IMG/VR virus record: IMGVR_UViG_3300011980_000002
Location: 128,001 to 192,000 of that record
DNA: 64,000 nucleotides
Strand: one strand, 5' to 3'
Source of the DNA: a virus
The translations under genes and the position numbers were made by a program. Of this stretch, positions 28,061-37,366 are shown piece after piece. Under the pieces are notes generated by a model that made no database searches, had not been told where the DNA came from, and worked only from the letters and a program-made list of their open reading frames with translations. Within the stretch, counting starts at the first letter, position 1. The number at the start of each line of letters is the position of its first letter.

Positions 28061-28804
28061 ATGGCATTATATGCGTATGAGTTTGATCCGATACCAAAAG
28101 ATGTAGAAATCTTTCTATCGGATGAACCTCTTAATTTGTTAAAATCACAAATACAGAACCAATTTAATTCTAATAATGATAATAAGTACGACTATGTAAG
28201 TTCATTTATTGAGAATTATAATTATTCTGTATTACAGATAGAAGATGAATATGACAGTCAAGAATTAGAAAGACTGTCTACAGATTTTATTCTCTATATG
28301 GTAAATTTATTCAGGACATTTTTAGATATAGAGATTAATAATACTGATACAATGAGTATGAGTATGATATTAGACATAATACATATGACTTATAGATATT
28401 TTATTCTTAATAAGAAGAAGAATGTCTATAATGTATGTAGGAATTATATAGATAATTATTATGATAATATAATATCTATATATAATAAGAAAAATGGAAT
28501 GACAGCTTCACTTATAGTAAATGAAATTGGTTGCAGTGAAGAAGATGCTATTATTATAACTAATCTTAATGAGATAATAAAAGATATTATATCAATGGAT
28601 GCATTAACCGTAGATGATTTCTTAAAATATTCTATATATAATAAACCTATATTAGAATCAGATTTAATGATAGAATATTTTGAAGATTTTACATTAGTAG
28701 GAAATTTTGTTAAGAGCTATATGAATTTAGTCAGTGATGATTTAATTAAAGAAGTAGAATCTAAATTAAGAATTAAGCTAATGAAGAAATTAGCTAATAA
28801 ATAA
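28061..28804 (+). CDS. hypothetical protein
   Basis: 247-codon ORF. Confidence 0.65.
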   Translation: MALYAYEFDPIPKDVEIFLSDEPLNLLKSQIQNQFNSNNDNKYDYVSSFIENYNYSVLQIEDEYDSQELERLSTDFILYMVNLFRTFLDIEINNTDTMSMSMILDIIHMTYRYFILNKKKNVYNVCRNYIDNYYDNIISIYNKKNGMTASLIVNEIGCSEEDAIIITNLNEIIKDIISMDALTVDDFLKYSIYNKPILESDLMIEYFEDFTLVGNFVKSYMNLVSDDLIKEVESKLRIKLMKKLANK

Positions 28805-28835
28805 AATTAATTATATAGGAAAGGAAATAATAATT

Positions 28836-29558
28836 ATGTTTGGAAGAACCAGTAATCAATCAAATGATGGAGTAAATGTAAATACAACTTTTAAAACCTT
28901 TTTCAGTAGTCTATCATCACTATCAATTGGTGGATGGAATACGCAGTTATCAATTAAGATAACTCCAGTAAGTGGGATAGACCAAGGTGGTCAAAGACAA
29001 TATGATACTAAGAGAAGAGCTAATACTGCATTAACTCCAGAAAAAGCATTTACATTGATAGATGGAATTAATGCTGTTATATTACCTGAAGTAAATAATA
29101 ATAGTGAGAATGAAGTATCTGTAGCAGTATCTATGGGAACTGCTGAAAAGAAGAATGTATTAGCAGTAGAATATAAGAAAGATAGTGAAACTAATAATAT
29201 GGGATTATTCTTAACTTTATATCAGATGATAAAAGAAGATAATTCTACTGACCCATCTAATATATATTCATATAAGTTTGGTACTAATACTTATGTTACT
29301 AATTATAATCCAAAAGATGGAAGTTTTGGTAAAGAAGAGAATGTTAATTCAGAATTTATGTTGTTTTATGATATGGTAAAAAATATAAGTAATATGCTAC
29401 CAATATCAGCTCATGGTAATAAGTATGCTAATACATTATCATCTAAGTATTCTAAGTTTAATGATACTACTAATACATCAAATAGTAATAATAGCTATGA
29501 AGCTCCAGTAACTAATTTTGGTACTGATAGCTTAGATGATATGATGCCATTCTCATAG
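28836..29558 (+). CDS. possible single-stranded DNA-binding protein
   Basis: The C-terminal tip SLDDMMPFS resembles the bacterial SSB acidic tail (DDDIPF) preceded by a low-complexity linker (NDTTNTSNSNNSYEAP). It is encoded next to the DNA polymerase. The OB fold cannot be verified by eye. Confidence 0.4.
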   Translation: MFGRTSNQSNDGVNVNTTFKTFFSSLSSLSIGGWNTQLSIKITPVSGIDQGGQRQYDTKRRANTALTPEKAFTLIDGINAVILPEVNNNSENEVSVAVSMGTAEKKNVLAVEYKKDSETNNMGLFLTLYQMIKEDNSTDPSNIYSYKFGTNTYVTNYNPKDGSFGKEENVNSEFMLFYDMVKNISNMLPISAHGNKYANTLSSKYSKFNDTTNTSNSNNSYEAPVTNFGTDSLDDMMPFS

Positions 29559-29595
29559 AATATAAAGAATATTAAGAAAGGTAACTTATTTTATT

Positions 29596-30423
29596 ATGAT
29601 TAATAATCCTAATATAAAATATGTACCATTTGAAAACCTAGGTCCAAATGAACGAGCAGTCATTAATTCTACAGATACAGTATTTACCGGTAGTAAATGC
29701 TTATTTGTAGAATATATGGACCTAATAAGATGTCCTTGGTATGTGTTATTAATGGTAATAACACAGAATGAAAAAATGAAGACATTTATTAAGACAGAAA
29801 AAATAGAATATATGGATAGAGACCAGTTATTCGAGTGGTACTGTAGAAGAGAAAATAAAAACTTTTTACTCGATTTGGCTAGGACTGGACCTGCATATGA
29901 GACAATAGATTTTGACAAAATACTAGATTTTATTATTAATAGTGATAAAATGTATTTTGAAGTGGATACTAAACTTAATATGTGTGGTGTTATAGCTGAA
30001 CTATTAAGAACTAAAGTATGTGATAAAATTATAGTATGGACACCAGAACCAATCGAGTATGTATATAATGATTTAGAATTATTATTTTTTAGAAAAGATG
30101 CCGTTGGATATTATTATGGAGATTTTAAAGATACTATTAAAAAACTCCCTACAGATATAACTTATTTCTTTTCAGATATAACACATGTTATAGACTTAGA
30201 AGAAATAGATAGACTTAATATGGCATCTATAGCAATTCCATATGAGTATGATTATAATTTCATTATGGATAGTGAAGGTAATAGAAAGCCTGTAATAGAT
30301 TTAGATTATTTTGCAGAAAATAATGTATTTAAGATAAATTACTTTAATGCAATTCCTACTACAGATTTACAACCAAATCCAAATAATATATCGGTAGAAG
30401 ATGCAATAGAGTTTAATAATTAA
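29596..30423 (+). CDS. hypothetical protein
   Basis: 275-codon ORF. Confidence 0.65.
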   Translation: MINNPNIKYVPFENLGPNERAVINSTDTVFTGSKCLFVEYMDLIRCPWYVLLMVITQNEKMKTFIKTEKIEYMDRDQLFEWYCRRENKNFLLDLARTGPAYETIDFDKILDFIINSDKMYFEVDTKLNMCGVIAELLRTKVCDKIIVWTPEPIEYVYNDLELLFFRKDAVGYYYGDFKDTIKKLPTDITYFFSDITHVIDLEEIDRLNMASIAIPYEYDYNFIMDSEGNRKPVIDLDYFAENNVFKINYFNAIPTTDLQPNPNNISVEDAIEFNN

Positions 30424-30450
30424 AATGGAAAGGAATATAGTAAAAGAATT

Positions 30451-32529
30451 ATGAGAATATTAGGTAATTATGAGTATGATGAAAAAGAAGGAATGCTAAT
30501 AGAAACTGATGAAGTACATCCTTCTTTAGATATATCAAAAGAACCGATGATAAATATAATGAGTGATACAGAGTTTCAAAAAAGAGTTGCTACAGTATTT
30601 CAGATGATATCTGATGTATTAGAAAAATCATATGGACCATATGGGTCATCTTCTATTATAGAAAATTATCCTTATCATTATATGACTAAAGATGGATTTT
30701 CTATAATGAAATATATCTCATTATCTAAGAAGTATAATATCATTGATGATGCAATTAGAGGATTAATCGTTGGTCCGTGTAATAAGTTAAACTTCTTAGT
30801 AGGAGATGGAACTACTACTGCTATATTAGCTACTAATAAGATATATCAATCTTATATGGATAAATATAATGATATATTAGACTTTAGAGTTCCGCCTAGA
30901 GATATAATGAAATCATATAATAAGGTAAAAGACTTAATCATTAAAGAGTTAGATAATGAAACAGAAAAAGTTAATGTGGAAAATCATGATGAGATGGTTA
31001 ATATCATTAATAAGATAGCCTATATAACTTCTAATGGTGATGAAGAAATTACTAAATTATTTACCGAGTTATATGATGAATTAGGATATCCTATTATAGA
31101 TGTAGTAAAAGCTCCTGATGGAATTACTAAGAAGAAGATTATAGATGGTTATCATTACGATCTGATACTTAAAGATGCTATTTATGTTAATAGTGATGAT
31201 AGAAGTGCTACTTATAAGAATATGGATGTTATTATGATAGACCATAAAGTAAGTGCAGATATATTCAATCATATATTAATCCCTCTTAATAGTGAGTGTG
31301 CTTTTAATAATAGACATCTTTTAGTAATAGCACCATCTTATGATGATGTAGCTATGCTAAGAATGAGACAGTTATTATTAGACGAGTATAAACAGACTCA
31401 CGATGTTAATATGGTTCTTACTGTAGCGAATATTAATTTTGCTAATAATAGAGATTGTTATGATGATTTAGCAATGCTACTTAATACTACTATATTAACA
31501 AGAACTATGGTAGCAGATATTATCAAATTTACCACAGAAAATGATGGTGTTAAAATATCTAATATAATAGATATCAATAATAGAAATATTAAAGACATAT
31601 CTATTACAGTTAAGCATATTGATGATAATGAATATATTAATGATGATATGATTACTAAGACTATTGATAATGGGGAAATATCAGATGATGTAAGAATACC
31701 ATTATTTGATGAATTTAATATTAGATGCGGATTTGTTGGTAATGTAAGAATTAGCATGGAAGAATCTGATGGTAGTGTTTTTAATGATTTGATATATGAT
31801 AAAGAAATATATAATAGAACCATTAAAAATATCGAGGTAGATTTAGAAGAATCTATTAGAAAAAATGAAAACCTTGGTACTCTGGACTTCCACTCTGATA
31901 GAATAAGAACCAGATTATTTAAACTTAAAATGAAGATTGGTAGTATAGAAGTTGGTGGAGTTTCTCAGTTATCTATCGACATGTTAAAAGACTCCGTTGA
32001 TGATACAGTTAAAGCTACTTCAAGTGCATTTTATAATGGTATTGTTAAAGGATGTAGTGTATCCACATTAAGAGCAATTAATTATGCAAGAAAGTCTGAA
32101 GGATTGAATGATTTAGAAAGATTGATTATTAATTGTATATTTAATGGGTTTAAAAATCTTTATAAGTCATTACTTAATTCAAGATATCATTATATTGGAG
32201 ATAAGGAATTAATACTTACAGAAAATACCACATACCAAGGAATCTATAAAGTTATCGTAGATGATTATAAACTTAATTTAGGCGATGAGTATAATGTACT
32301 CCCATTAATATCAAGAGTTATTGAAGAAGATGGAAACGATATTACATCTATATACGAATTATTAATTTTTATGAGTATGCATAAAAATTCTGCAATAGAT
32401 TTAACTAATGGTGAATTTAATCCAGATGTTATTAATACAGCAAGAACTGATAAAGAAGTACTAATTGCATCAACAGATTTAATTGGATTATTAATAACAG
32501 GTAATCAATTAATCGTTATGGAAAAATAA
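30451..32529 (+). CDS. Cpn60/GroEL-family chaperonin (enlarged, 692 aa)
   Basis: YGPYGSSSIIENYPYHYMTKDGFSIMKYISL matches GroEL LGPKGRNVVL..P.ITKDGVTVAKEIEL. The nucleotide-binding VGDGTTTAILAT is present. IGSIEVGGVSQLSIDMLKDSVDDTVKATSSAF matches GGVAVIKVGA.TE.E.KE...R.EDAL.AT.AA. Confidence 0.85.
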   Translation: MRILGNYEYDEKEGMLIETDEVHPSLDISKEPMINIMSDTEFQKRVATVFQMISDVLEKSYGPYGSSSIIENYPYHYMTKDGFSIMKYISLSKKYNIIDDAIRGLIVGPCNKLNFLVGDGTTTAILATNKIYQSYMDKYNDILDFRVPPRDIMKSYNKVKDLIIKELDNETEKVNVENHDEMVNIINKIAYITSNGDEEITKLFTELYDELGYPIIDVVKAPDGITKKKIIDGYHYDLILKDAIYVNSDDRSATYKNMDVIMIDHKVSADIFNHILIPLNSECAFNNRHLLVIAPSYDDVAMLRMRQLLLDEYKQTHDVNMVLTVANINFANNRDCYDDLAMLLNTTILTRTMVADIIKFTTENDGVKISNIIDINNRNIKDISITVKHIDDNEYINDDMITKTIDNGEISDDVRIPLFDEFNIRCGFVGNVRISMEESDGSVFNDLIYDKEIYNRTIKNIEVDLEESIRKNENLGTLDFHSDRIRTRLFKLKMKIGSIEVGGVSQLSIDMLKDSVDDTVKATSSAFYNGIVKGCSVSTLRAINYARKSEGLNDLERLIINCIFNGFKNLYKSLLNSRYHYIGDKELILTENTTYQGIYKVIVDDYKLNLGDEYNVLPLISRVIEEDGNDITSIYELLIFMSMHKNSAIDLTNGEFNPDVINTARTDKEVLIASTDLIGLLITGNQLIVMEK

Positions 32530-32594
32530 TACTCGATTTCTCCACATTACTATAATCAAGTTTATAATTATATGTAAAGGAAGATAATATAAAT

Positions 32595-32915
32595 ATGGAT
32601 AGTAATAGGAAACAAGGATTAATATCCGCAATAGTTACACTTGGAATTCTTGTAGGAGTTTTTTATACTGGATTTAGATTAGGATTTTATACTCAATATC
32701 ATAGAAGATTCTATGATGGTATAAGAAGAAAAATTGTTCAGTATAATGAGGATGGTACCATAATACACACATGGTACGGTGAAGATATAACTGTATTATC
32801 AGAATCTGAAAATGGTATATATTTTATAGATGATGGTAAAAGGTATATTGCCAAAGGTGGTATCATCGTTGTAGAAGAATTGGAAGTGTCAAAGAATAAT
32901 AGTTGGATGAAGTAA
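32595..32915 (+). CDS. small membrane protein
   Basis: One N-terminal hydrophobic helix, GLISAIVTLGILVGVFYTGF; 106 aa. Confidence 0.6.
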   Translation: MDSNRKQGLISAIVTLGILVGVFYTGFRLGFYTQYHRRFYDGIRRKIVQYNEDGTIIHTWYGEDITVLSESENGIYFIDDGKRYIAKGGIIVVEELEVSKNNSWMK

Positions 32916-32939
32916 TAATTTTTTATAATTTTCATTAAT

Positions 32940-33000
32940 ATAAGAATGAATAGCTTAAGTTATATTATTAATTTAATGCTATTCATTCTTATATTTTTTT
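32940..33000 (+). terminator. Rho-independent terminator
   Basis: 15-bp stem ATAAGAATGAATAGC / GCTATTCATTCTTAT followed by T8. Confidence 0.8.
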
Positions 33001-33039
33001 ACCATATTTTCTATTAATACAAAGAAAGGAATTATAATT

Positions 33040-33873
33040 ATGGCTATTAAGAAACATAATTTCCAAACTTTACAAGATTTCTTACAAAAACCATTTGGTC
33101 AAATAAAACCAGATACATCTAAATTTGATGCTGCTTATGAATCTATGATGAGTAGTAAGAGTATCAAATGTGATAAGTATTGTAAAATTAATAACTCATA
33201 TTTATTCTTAGTTCAAATACCATCTGAATCTAAACAAGGAGAATATTATGAGGTAGTAATCCAATTCTTTACTAAGAAAGATAATGCTAATGACCCAACT
33301 TTATCATTCTCATTAGAGCGTTATTATTTACAATTTTATTCTAATAGTCCTAGTTTTATTTATAAATATTCTGCTATATATAAAACTACTGGATATTTAA
33401 TAAATGTATTATATGATAGATTAGGAACCAAGTCTAATAGTATGCCAACTAAGACTAATCCAGATATGAATATGACATATGATAAATCTATCTATATTGC
33501 TTGTAAATACCTTTGGGATCATAGATTAAGGTTATTAAGTTTTAATGGAATGAGGATATTAAAGCAATTACCGGTTAAAGACTTTTTAAAAGAAGTAAGA
33601 GACTATGATACGGTAATGGATGATTTGGAATTATTTAACTTAGAAAAAGGATTACAGAAAGAATTAGAGAAAGAGAAGAGACAGTTAAATGAAGAAAAAT
33701 TATCTCGACCACATTTTAATATACTAGAGAAATTAGGGTTTATCAAACCTAAGATAAAAGCTACTAATAGTACTTTACAAAATAAAGATATGAGTGCAAT
33801 TAAAAAAGTACAAAAGAAAAGTGCTATTAAACCACTAAAGAAAAAAACCAGTAAAAAATCTACTTACAAGTAG
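33040..33873 (+). CDS. hypothetical protein with lysine-rich C-terminal tail
   Basis: 277-codon ORF with AGAAAGGAA RBS. Confidence 0.65.
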   Translation: MAIKKHNFQTLQDFLQKPFGQIKPDTSKFDAAYESMMSSKSIKCDKYCKINNSYLFLVQIPSESKQGEYYEVVIQFFTKKDNANDPTLSFSLERYYLQFYSNSPSFIYKYSAIYKTTGYLINVLYDRLGTKSNSMPTKTNPDMNMTYDKSIYIACKYLWDHRLRLLSFNGMRILKQLPVKDFLKEVRDYDTVMDDLELFNLEKGLQKELEKEKRQLNEEKLSRPHFNILEKLGFIKPKIKATNSTLQNKDMSAIKKVQKKSAIKPLKKKTSKKSTYK

Positions 33874-33940
33874 TAAATATATATTATTAATTTAGATATG
33901 TAAAATATATTATAGGAAAGGAAGTTATACTAAAAGAATT

Positions 33941-35554
33941 ATGAGTAGTAAAAAAATGAAACCACCAATAGTTTTGTGGAAACCTAAGGAAGAAGAGAAG
34001 ATAATTACATATGATGGTAAAATCTTTATATGTAATTTTGATAAGGTATTATCTCCGGAATTAGTACCTTATAGAAATTTTATGATTAATAAATCCAGTT
34101 ATGAAAAACAACTGGACCAGATAGTAGCTTATATTAATTTCTTCTTAAATTTTTATGATAAAGAACATGAATTAATATTAGGGTATCTTAAGTTAAAATT
34201 TGTTATAGATAAAGAAAGATTATTCCAAGTTGACCCTAGTATGGATAATGAAGAGAAGAATAAAACCATAAATGGATTTATATCATTAATGCATAATATA
34301 CTATTTGAAGATACTTCTGTAGCTAAGAATATTAGTAAATTAGTAGAAGATAATTACATTGATGATATAGAAGGTACTAATAGTAAAGGGGATAAGAAAG
34401 AATATTTAGAGTCATTAGAATTTACCAATGCTCATGTTATGTTAATACTTAAAGTATCGTTTGCAATGAAAATAATAGCCCCAATTATGTTCCATTATTT
34501 TTATATAAATGGAATTAAGTTGGAGAAGAATTCAGATTATATCTATAGATTTTATAAACCATTATTTGGAGATATATTTGAAACACATGGAATTAATCTA
34601 TTTAATAAATTATTTGTGTATGTGAAATCAAGAGTATTTGAATCCGGTAAGATTAATGCTGCAATATTTGATAAGAGAGAGATTATGGGTATTGATATAT
34701 ACTTAGTGCTTAGTATGTTTATTAAGAAAGTCGTAATCTCTGATAATATGGTTAAATATTCATTTCCAGAAACTTGGGATGAGAAAAATCATAAGTATAA
34801 AGAGAATATTGTAGGATTTAATAAGACTATACTTAAATTACAACTTAATTATTTCATTAAAGAAGTACATGGTAAAAATTTAACCGAAGTATCTAATACT
34901 AAGAATACTGAAGGTTTATCAGGTGCTGATAAGATGGAAATGAATATTAAGAAGATGGATGAAGGTATGGGATTATTTGCAGAATTAAATGCAGAGAAAA
35001 CCGTAGAATATATTAAGAGAGTTATAGATATTCCTGTAAGTAAATATGAAGTAGACTATATGATGGATCACTTTAAACCTAATGACATACAGATTAAATT
35101 AATCTATAGCTATTATAGTAATTACTTTGGTAATTATAGAGATACTGCATTAGTTACAGGAAGAAATTTCTATACATTAGCATTATTACTTAAGAAGAAA
35201 TTGTTATTAGATTTTGCTCATGATATAAACAAAGATAATTACAACCTGACCTTACCATATGTACTGACAGGTAATGTTGAAGGTAGGTTAAATTCAAGAA
35301 TAATAAGAAATAATAAATACTTAAGTAAATTAGAAAATGATGACTATTATCAGAAATTACTCAATAATGAATATAAATTATTATTAGAGATAAATCCTGA
35401 TGAAATTAAGAATATCATTAGTACAATGCTTAATTTACAATTCTCATATGTTACTCCAGAGAATCCAGATTTATTAGGAGAAATAATAGAGACAGATGAA
35501 AATAAATTAGGTGCAGAATTATTATACTTTTTATTTCATATGGAAAGGAACTAA
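33941..35554 (+). CDS. hypothetical protein
   Basis: 537-codon ORF with GGAAAGGAA RBS. Confidence 0.7.
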   Translation: MSSKKMKPPIVLWKPKEEEKIITYDGKIFICNFDKVLSPELVPYRNFMINKSSYEKQLDQIVAYINFFLNFYDKEHELILGYLKLKFVIDKERLFQVDPSMDNEEKNKTINGFISLMHNILFEDTSVAKNISKLVEDNYIDDIEGTNSKGDKKEYLESLEFTNAHVMLILKVSFAMKIIAPIMFHYFYINGIKLEKNSDYIYRFYKPLFGDIFETHGINLFNKLFVYVKSRVFESGKINAAIFDKREIMGIDIYLVLSMFIKKVVISDNMVKYSFPETWDEKNHKYKENIVGFNKTILKLQLNYFIKEVHGKNLTEVSNTKNTEGLSGADKMEMNIKKMDEGMGLFAELNAEKTVEYIKRVIDIPVSKYEVDYMMDHFKPNDIQIKLIYSYYSNYFGNYRDTALVTGRNFYTLALLLKKKLLLDFAHDINKDNYNLTLPYVLTGNVEGRLNSRIIRNNKYLSKLENDDYYQKLLNNEYKLLLEINPDEIKNIISTMLNLQFSYVTPENPDLLGEIIETDENKLGAELLYFLFHMERN

Positions 35555-35556
35555 TT

Positions 35557-35919
35557 ATGTTAGGTAAGAAAAGAATTCTGAGTAGTGATACAATAATTTT
35601 TATAAATCTATGCACAATTAATGTACTATCAAGTCGTGATACAGAACGAATAGTAAAACTGAGAAAAGAAATAGAAGAATTTATTGAATATAATACCAAT
35701 TATTATCATGAGTTGGAAAATTCACAAATATCTAATAAAGAAGAATTATCCAAAGAGCTTTCTATTAACATTGATAAATTGAAGTGTGTACTACATATGA
35801 TAGAAAGTTCAAGTGGGAAAGTTAAATGTGAGTATATCAATCCTGATTTGAAAGGTTTTAAAAGTGATATATTCACAATTGACCAATTCCTGACGGATAA
35901 TAGTACTATTATAAAATAA
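35557..35919 (+). CDS. hypothetical protein
   Basis: 120-codon ORF coupled to the upstream stop; GGAAAGGAA lies inside the upstream gene's end. Confidence 0.6.
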   Translation: MLGKKRILSSDTIIFINLCTINVLSSRDTERIVKLRKEIEEFIEYNTNYYHELENSQISNKEELSKELSINIDKLKCVLHMIESSSGKVKCEYINPDLKGFKSDIFTIDQFLTDNSTIIK

Positions 35920-35935
35920 ATAAAATCTCATTAAT

Positions 35936-35977
35936 ATAACCTATATACGGATTATCGTATATAGGTTATATTTTTTA
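35936..35977 (+). terminator. Rho-independent terminator
   Basis: ATAACCTATATACG-GATTAT-CGTATATAGGTTAT followed by T6. Confidence 0.85.
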
Positions 35978-35993
35978 TAATATCGAATTATCT

Positions 35994-36012
35994 ATATAAT
36001 ATTAATTTGTAA
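35994..36012 (+). promoter_or_regulatory. phage promoter-like core ATATAATATTAATTTGTAA
   Basis: Family member, 34 nt upstream of the ATG at 36046. Confidence 0.55.
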
Positions 36013-36045
36013 TAAAATAATATTATTTAAAGGAGAAAAAGAAAT

Positions 36046-36666
36046 ATGAAAAAATTTAATTATGGTTTTGAAGATTTTTCATTCAGTGAGGACAAAGCCA
36101 ATCATCAATCAGAAATAGAATTATTGATTAAAAAGCTTCGTGGGTTTAAATATGTTACAGCATATTTAAACGTTGGTATTAATATGTTATATAGAATAAC
36201 GATACTTGAGGGATATTTGCTAAGATTTCTAATTTTTACAGATAAAGGTGATTTTTACGATAGTATACAATATGCAATAAAAATGTGTAGAGATATAGCT
36301 GAATTACTCGTTAATAATTCAAACGTGTATACCTATCATGGTTTTTATAATAAGAATAAGAGAATAAGCGATATTCTCTTTGAGAAAGTAGAACTTATTG
36401 ATAGAAAAACCATTACAGAAGCACAATCAATATTAGATATAGATGATAGGGATATGAGAGATTTTATCAATAGATTTCAATCGAGAGCTTTCATCTATAT
36501 AGAGAGAATTGATGAGGGTAAACATATTATAGTACTATTGGATTCATTTTATTCATATATGTATTTAATTGAAAATATGGATAAGAAAGAAATTAACAAT
36601 AGTTCATTTTCATTAGAAACAGCCAATTCAATATCAGTAGAAAATGAGGATGAGAATGACGATTAA
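36046..36666 (+). CDS. tandem paralog family member 1 (about 210 aa, acidic SIS..ED.NDD tail)
   Basis: Clear similarity to the next gene: YHGFYNKNKRISDILFEKV vs YYEFYKTHKKISDLLIENC, and C-termini ANSISVENEDENDD vs PNSISIQDEEGNDD. Confidence 0.7.
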   Translation: MKKFNYGFEDFSFSEDKANHQSEIELLIKKLRGFKYVTAYLNVGINMLYRITILEGYLLRFLIFTDKGDFYDSIQYAIKMCRDIAELLVNNSNVYTYHGFYNKNKRISDILFEKVELIDRKTITEAQSILDIDDRDMRDFINRFQSRAFIYIERIDEGKHIIVLLDSFYSYMYLIENMDKKEINNSSFSLETANSISVENEDENDD

Positions 36667-36703
36667 AGTTGAATTATTTTTTAATAAAAATAATATTATT
36701 TAA
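36656..36703 (+). pseudogene. vestigial duplicated 5' end of paralog 3 (15 codons: MTIKVELFFNKNNII)
   Basis: ATGACGATTAAAGTTGAATTATTT parallels ATGATGATTAAAGTTGATTTATTT at 37356, in the same overlap position relative to the upstream stop codon. Confidence 0.4.
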
Positions 36704-36718
36704 AGGAGAATAAGAAAT

Positions 36719-37366
36719 ATGAAATTTACAAAAGAGACAGTTGATAGCTTTTTAAACGAAATTAATGGTAATTTAAAGAATATGATACCAATAGCTAATA
36801 CTATGTACGATAAGTTAGAATCATACCACTATCTATGGTTACATGGTGGTTATAGAAACTATGATGATTTACCATTTATTGTGGATTTTGCTGAGAAAAT
36901 TGGTAGTATGTATGAAGCAGAATGTATGAATCCCAAAAGCAATATATACATATATGGAAGTCTGGAAAATGACATACTAGCTATTATGAGTATAGCTTGT
37001 GAAATTGCGGATACGATTATTGATAGTGTTAAATTTGATAGTTATTATGAGTTTTATAAAACTCATAAAAAAATATCGGATTTATTAATAGAAAATTGTA
37101 ATATTTTCTCACACCTAATAGATACTGATATTAATTTTGTAGCCAGTAAGTTTCATATGGAAACTGACGAATTATTAGAATTATTAGCAGATTTTAAGGA
37201 ATTGTGTATAGTCAATATACAACCACATGGTAAAAAAAGTAAAATCTATTTTAAGTTAGGTACTAATTTTTACAAGTACGCATATTACATAGGTTATAGA
37301 AATGGTGAATTGTTAGAAACCCCTAATTCTATTAGTATTCAAGATGAGGAAGGTAATGATGATTAA
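36719..37366 (+). CDS. tandem paralog family member 2
   Basis: See member 1. Leader AAAGGAGAATAAGAAATATG. Confidence 0.7.
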   Translation: MKFTKETVDSFLNEINGNLKNMIPIANTMYDKLESYHYLWLHGGYRNYDDLPFIVDFAEKIGSMYEAECMNPKSNIYIYGSLENDILAIMSIACEIADTIIDSVKFDSYYEFYKTHKKISDLLIENCNIFSHLIDTDINFVASKFHMETDELLELLADFKELCIVNIQPHGKKSKIYFKLGTNFYKYAYYIGYRNGELLETPNSISIQDEEGNDD

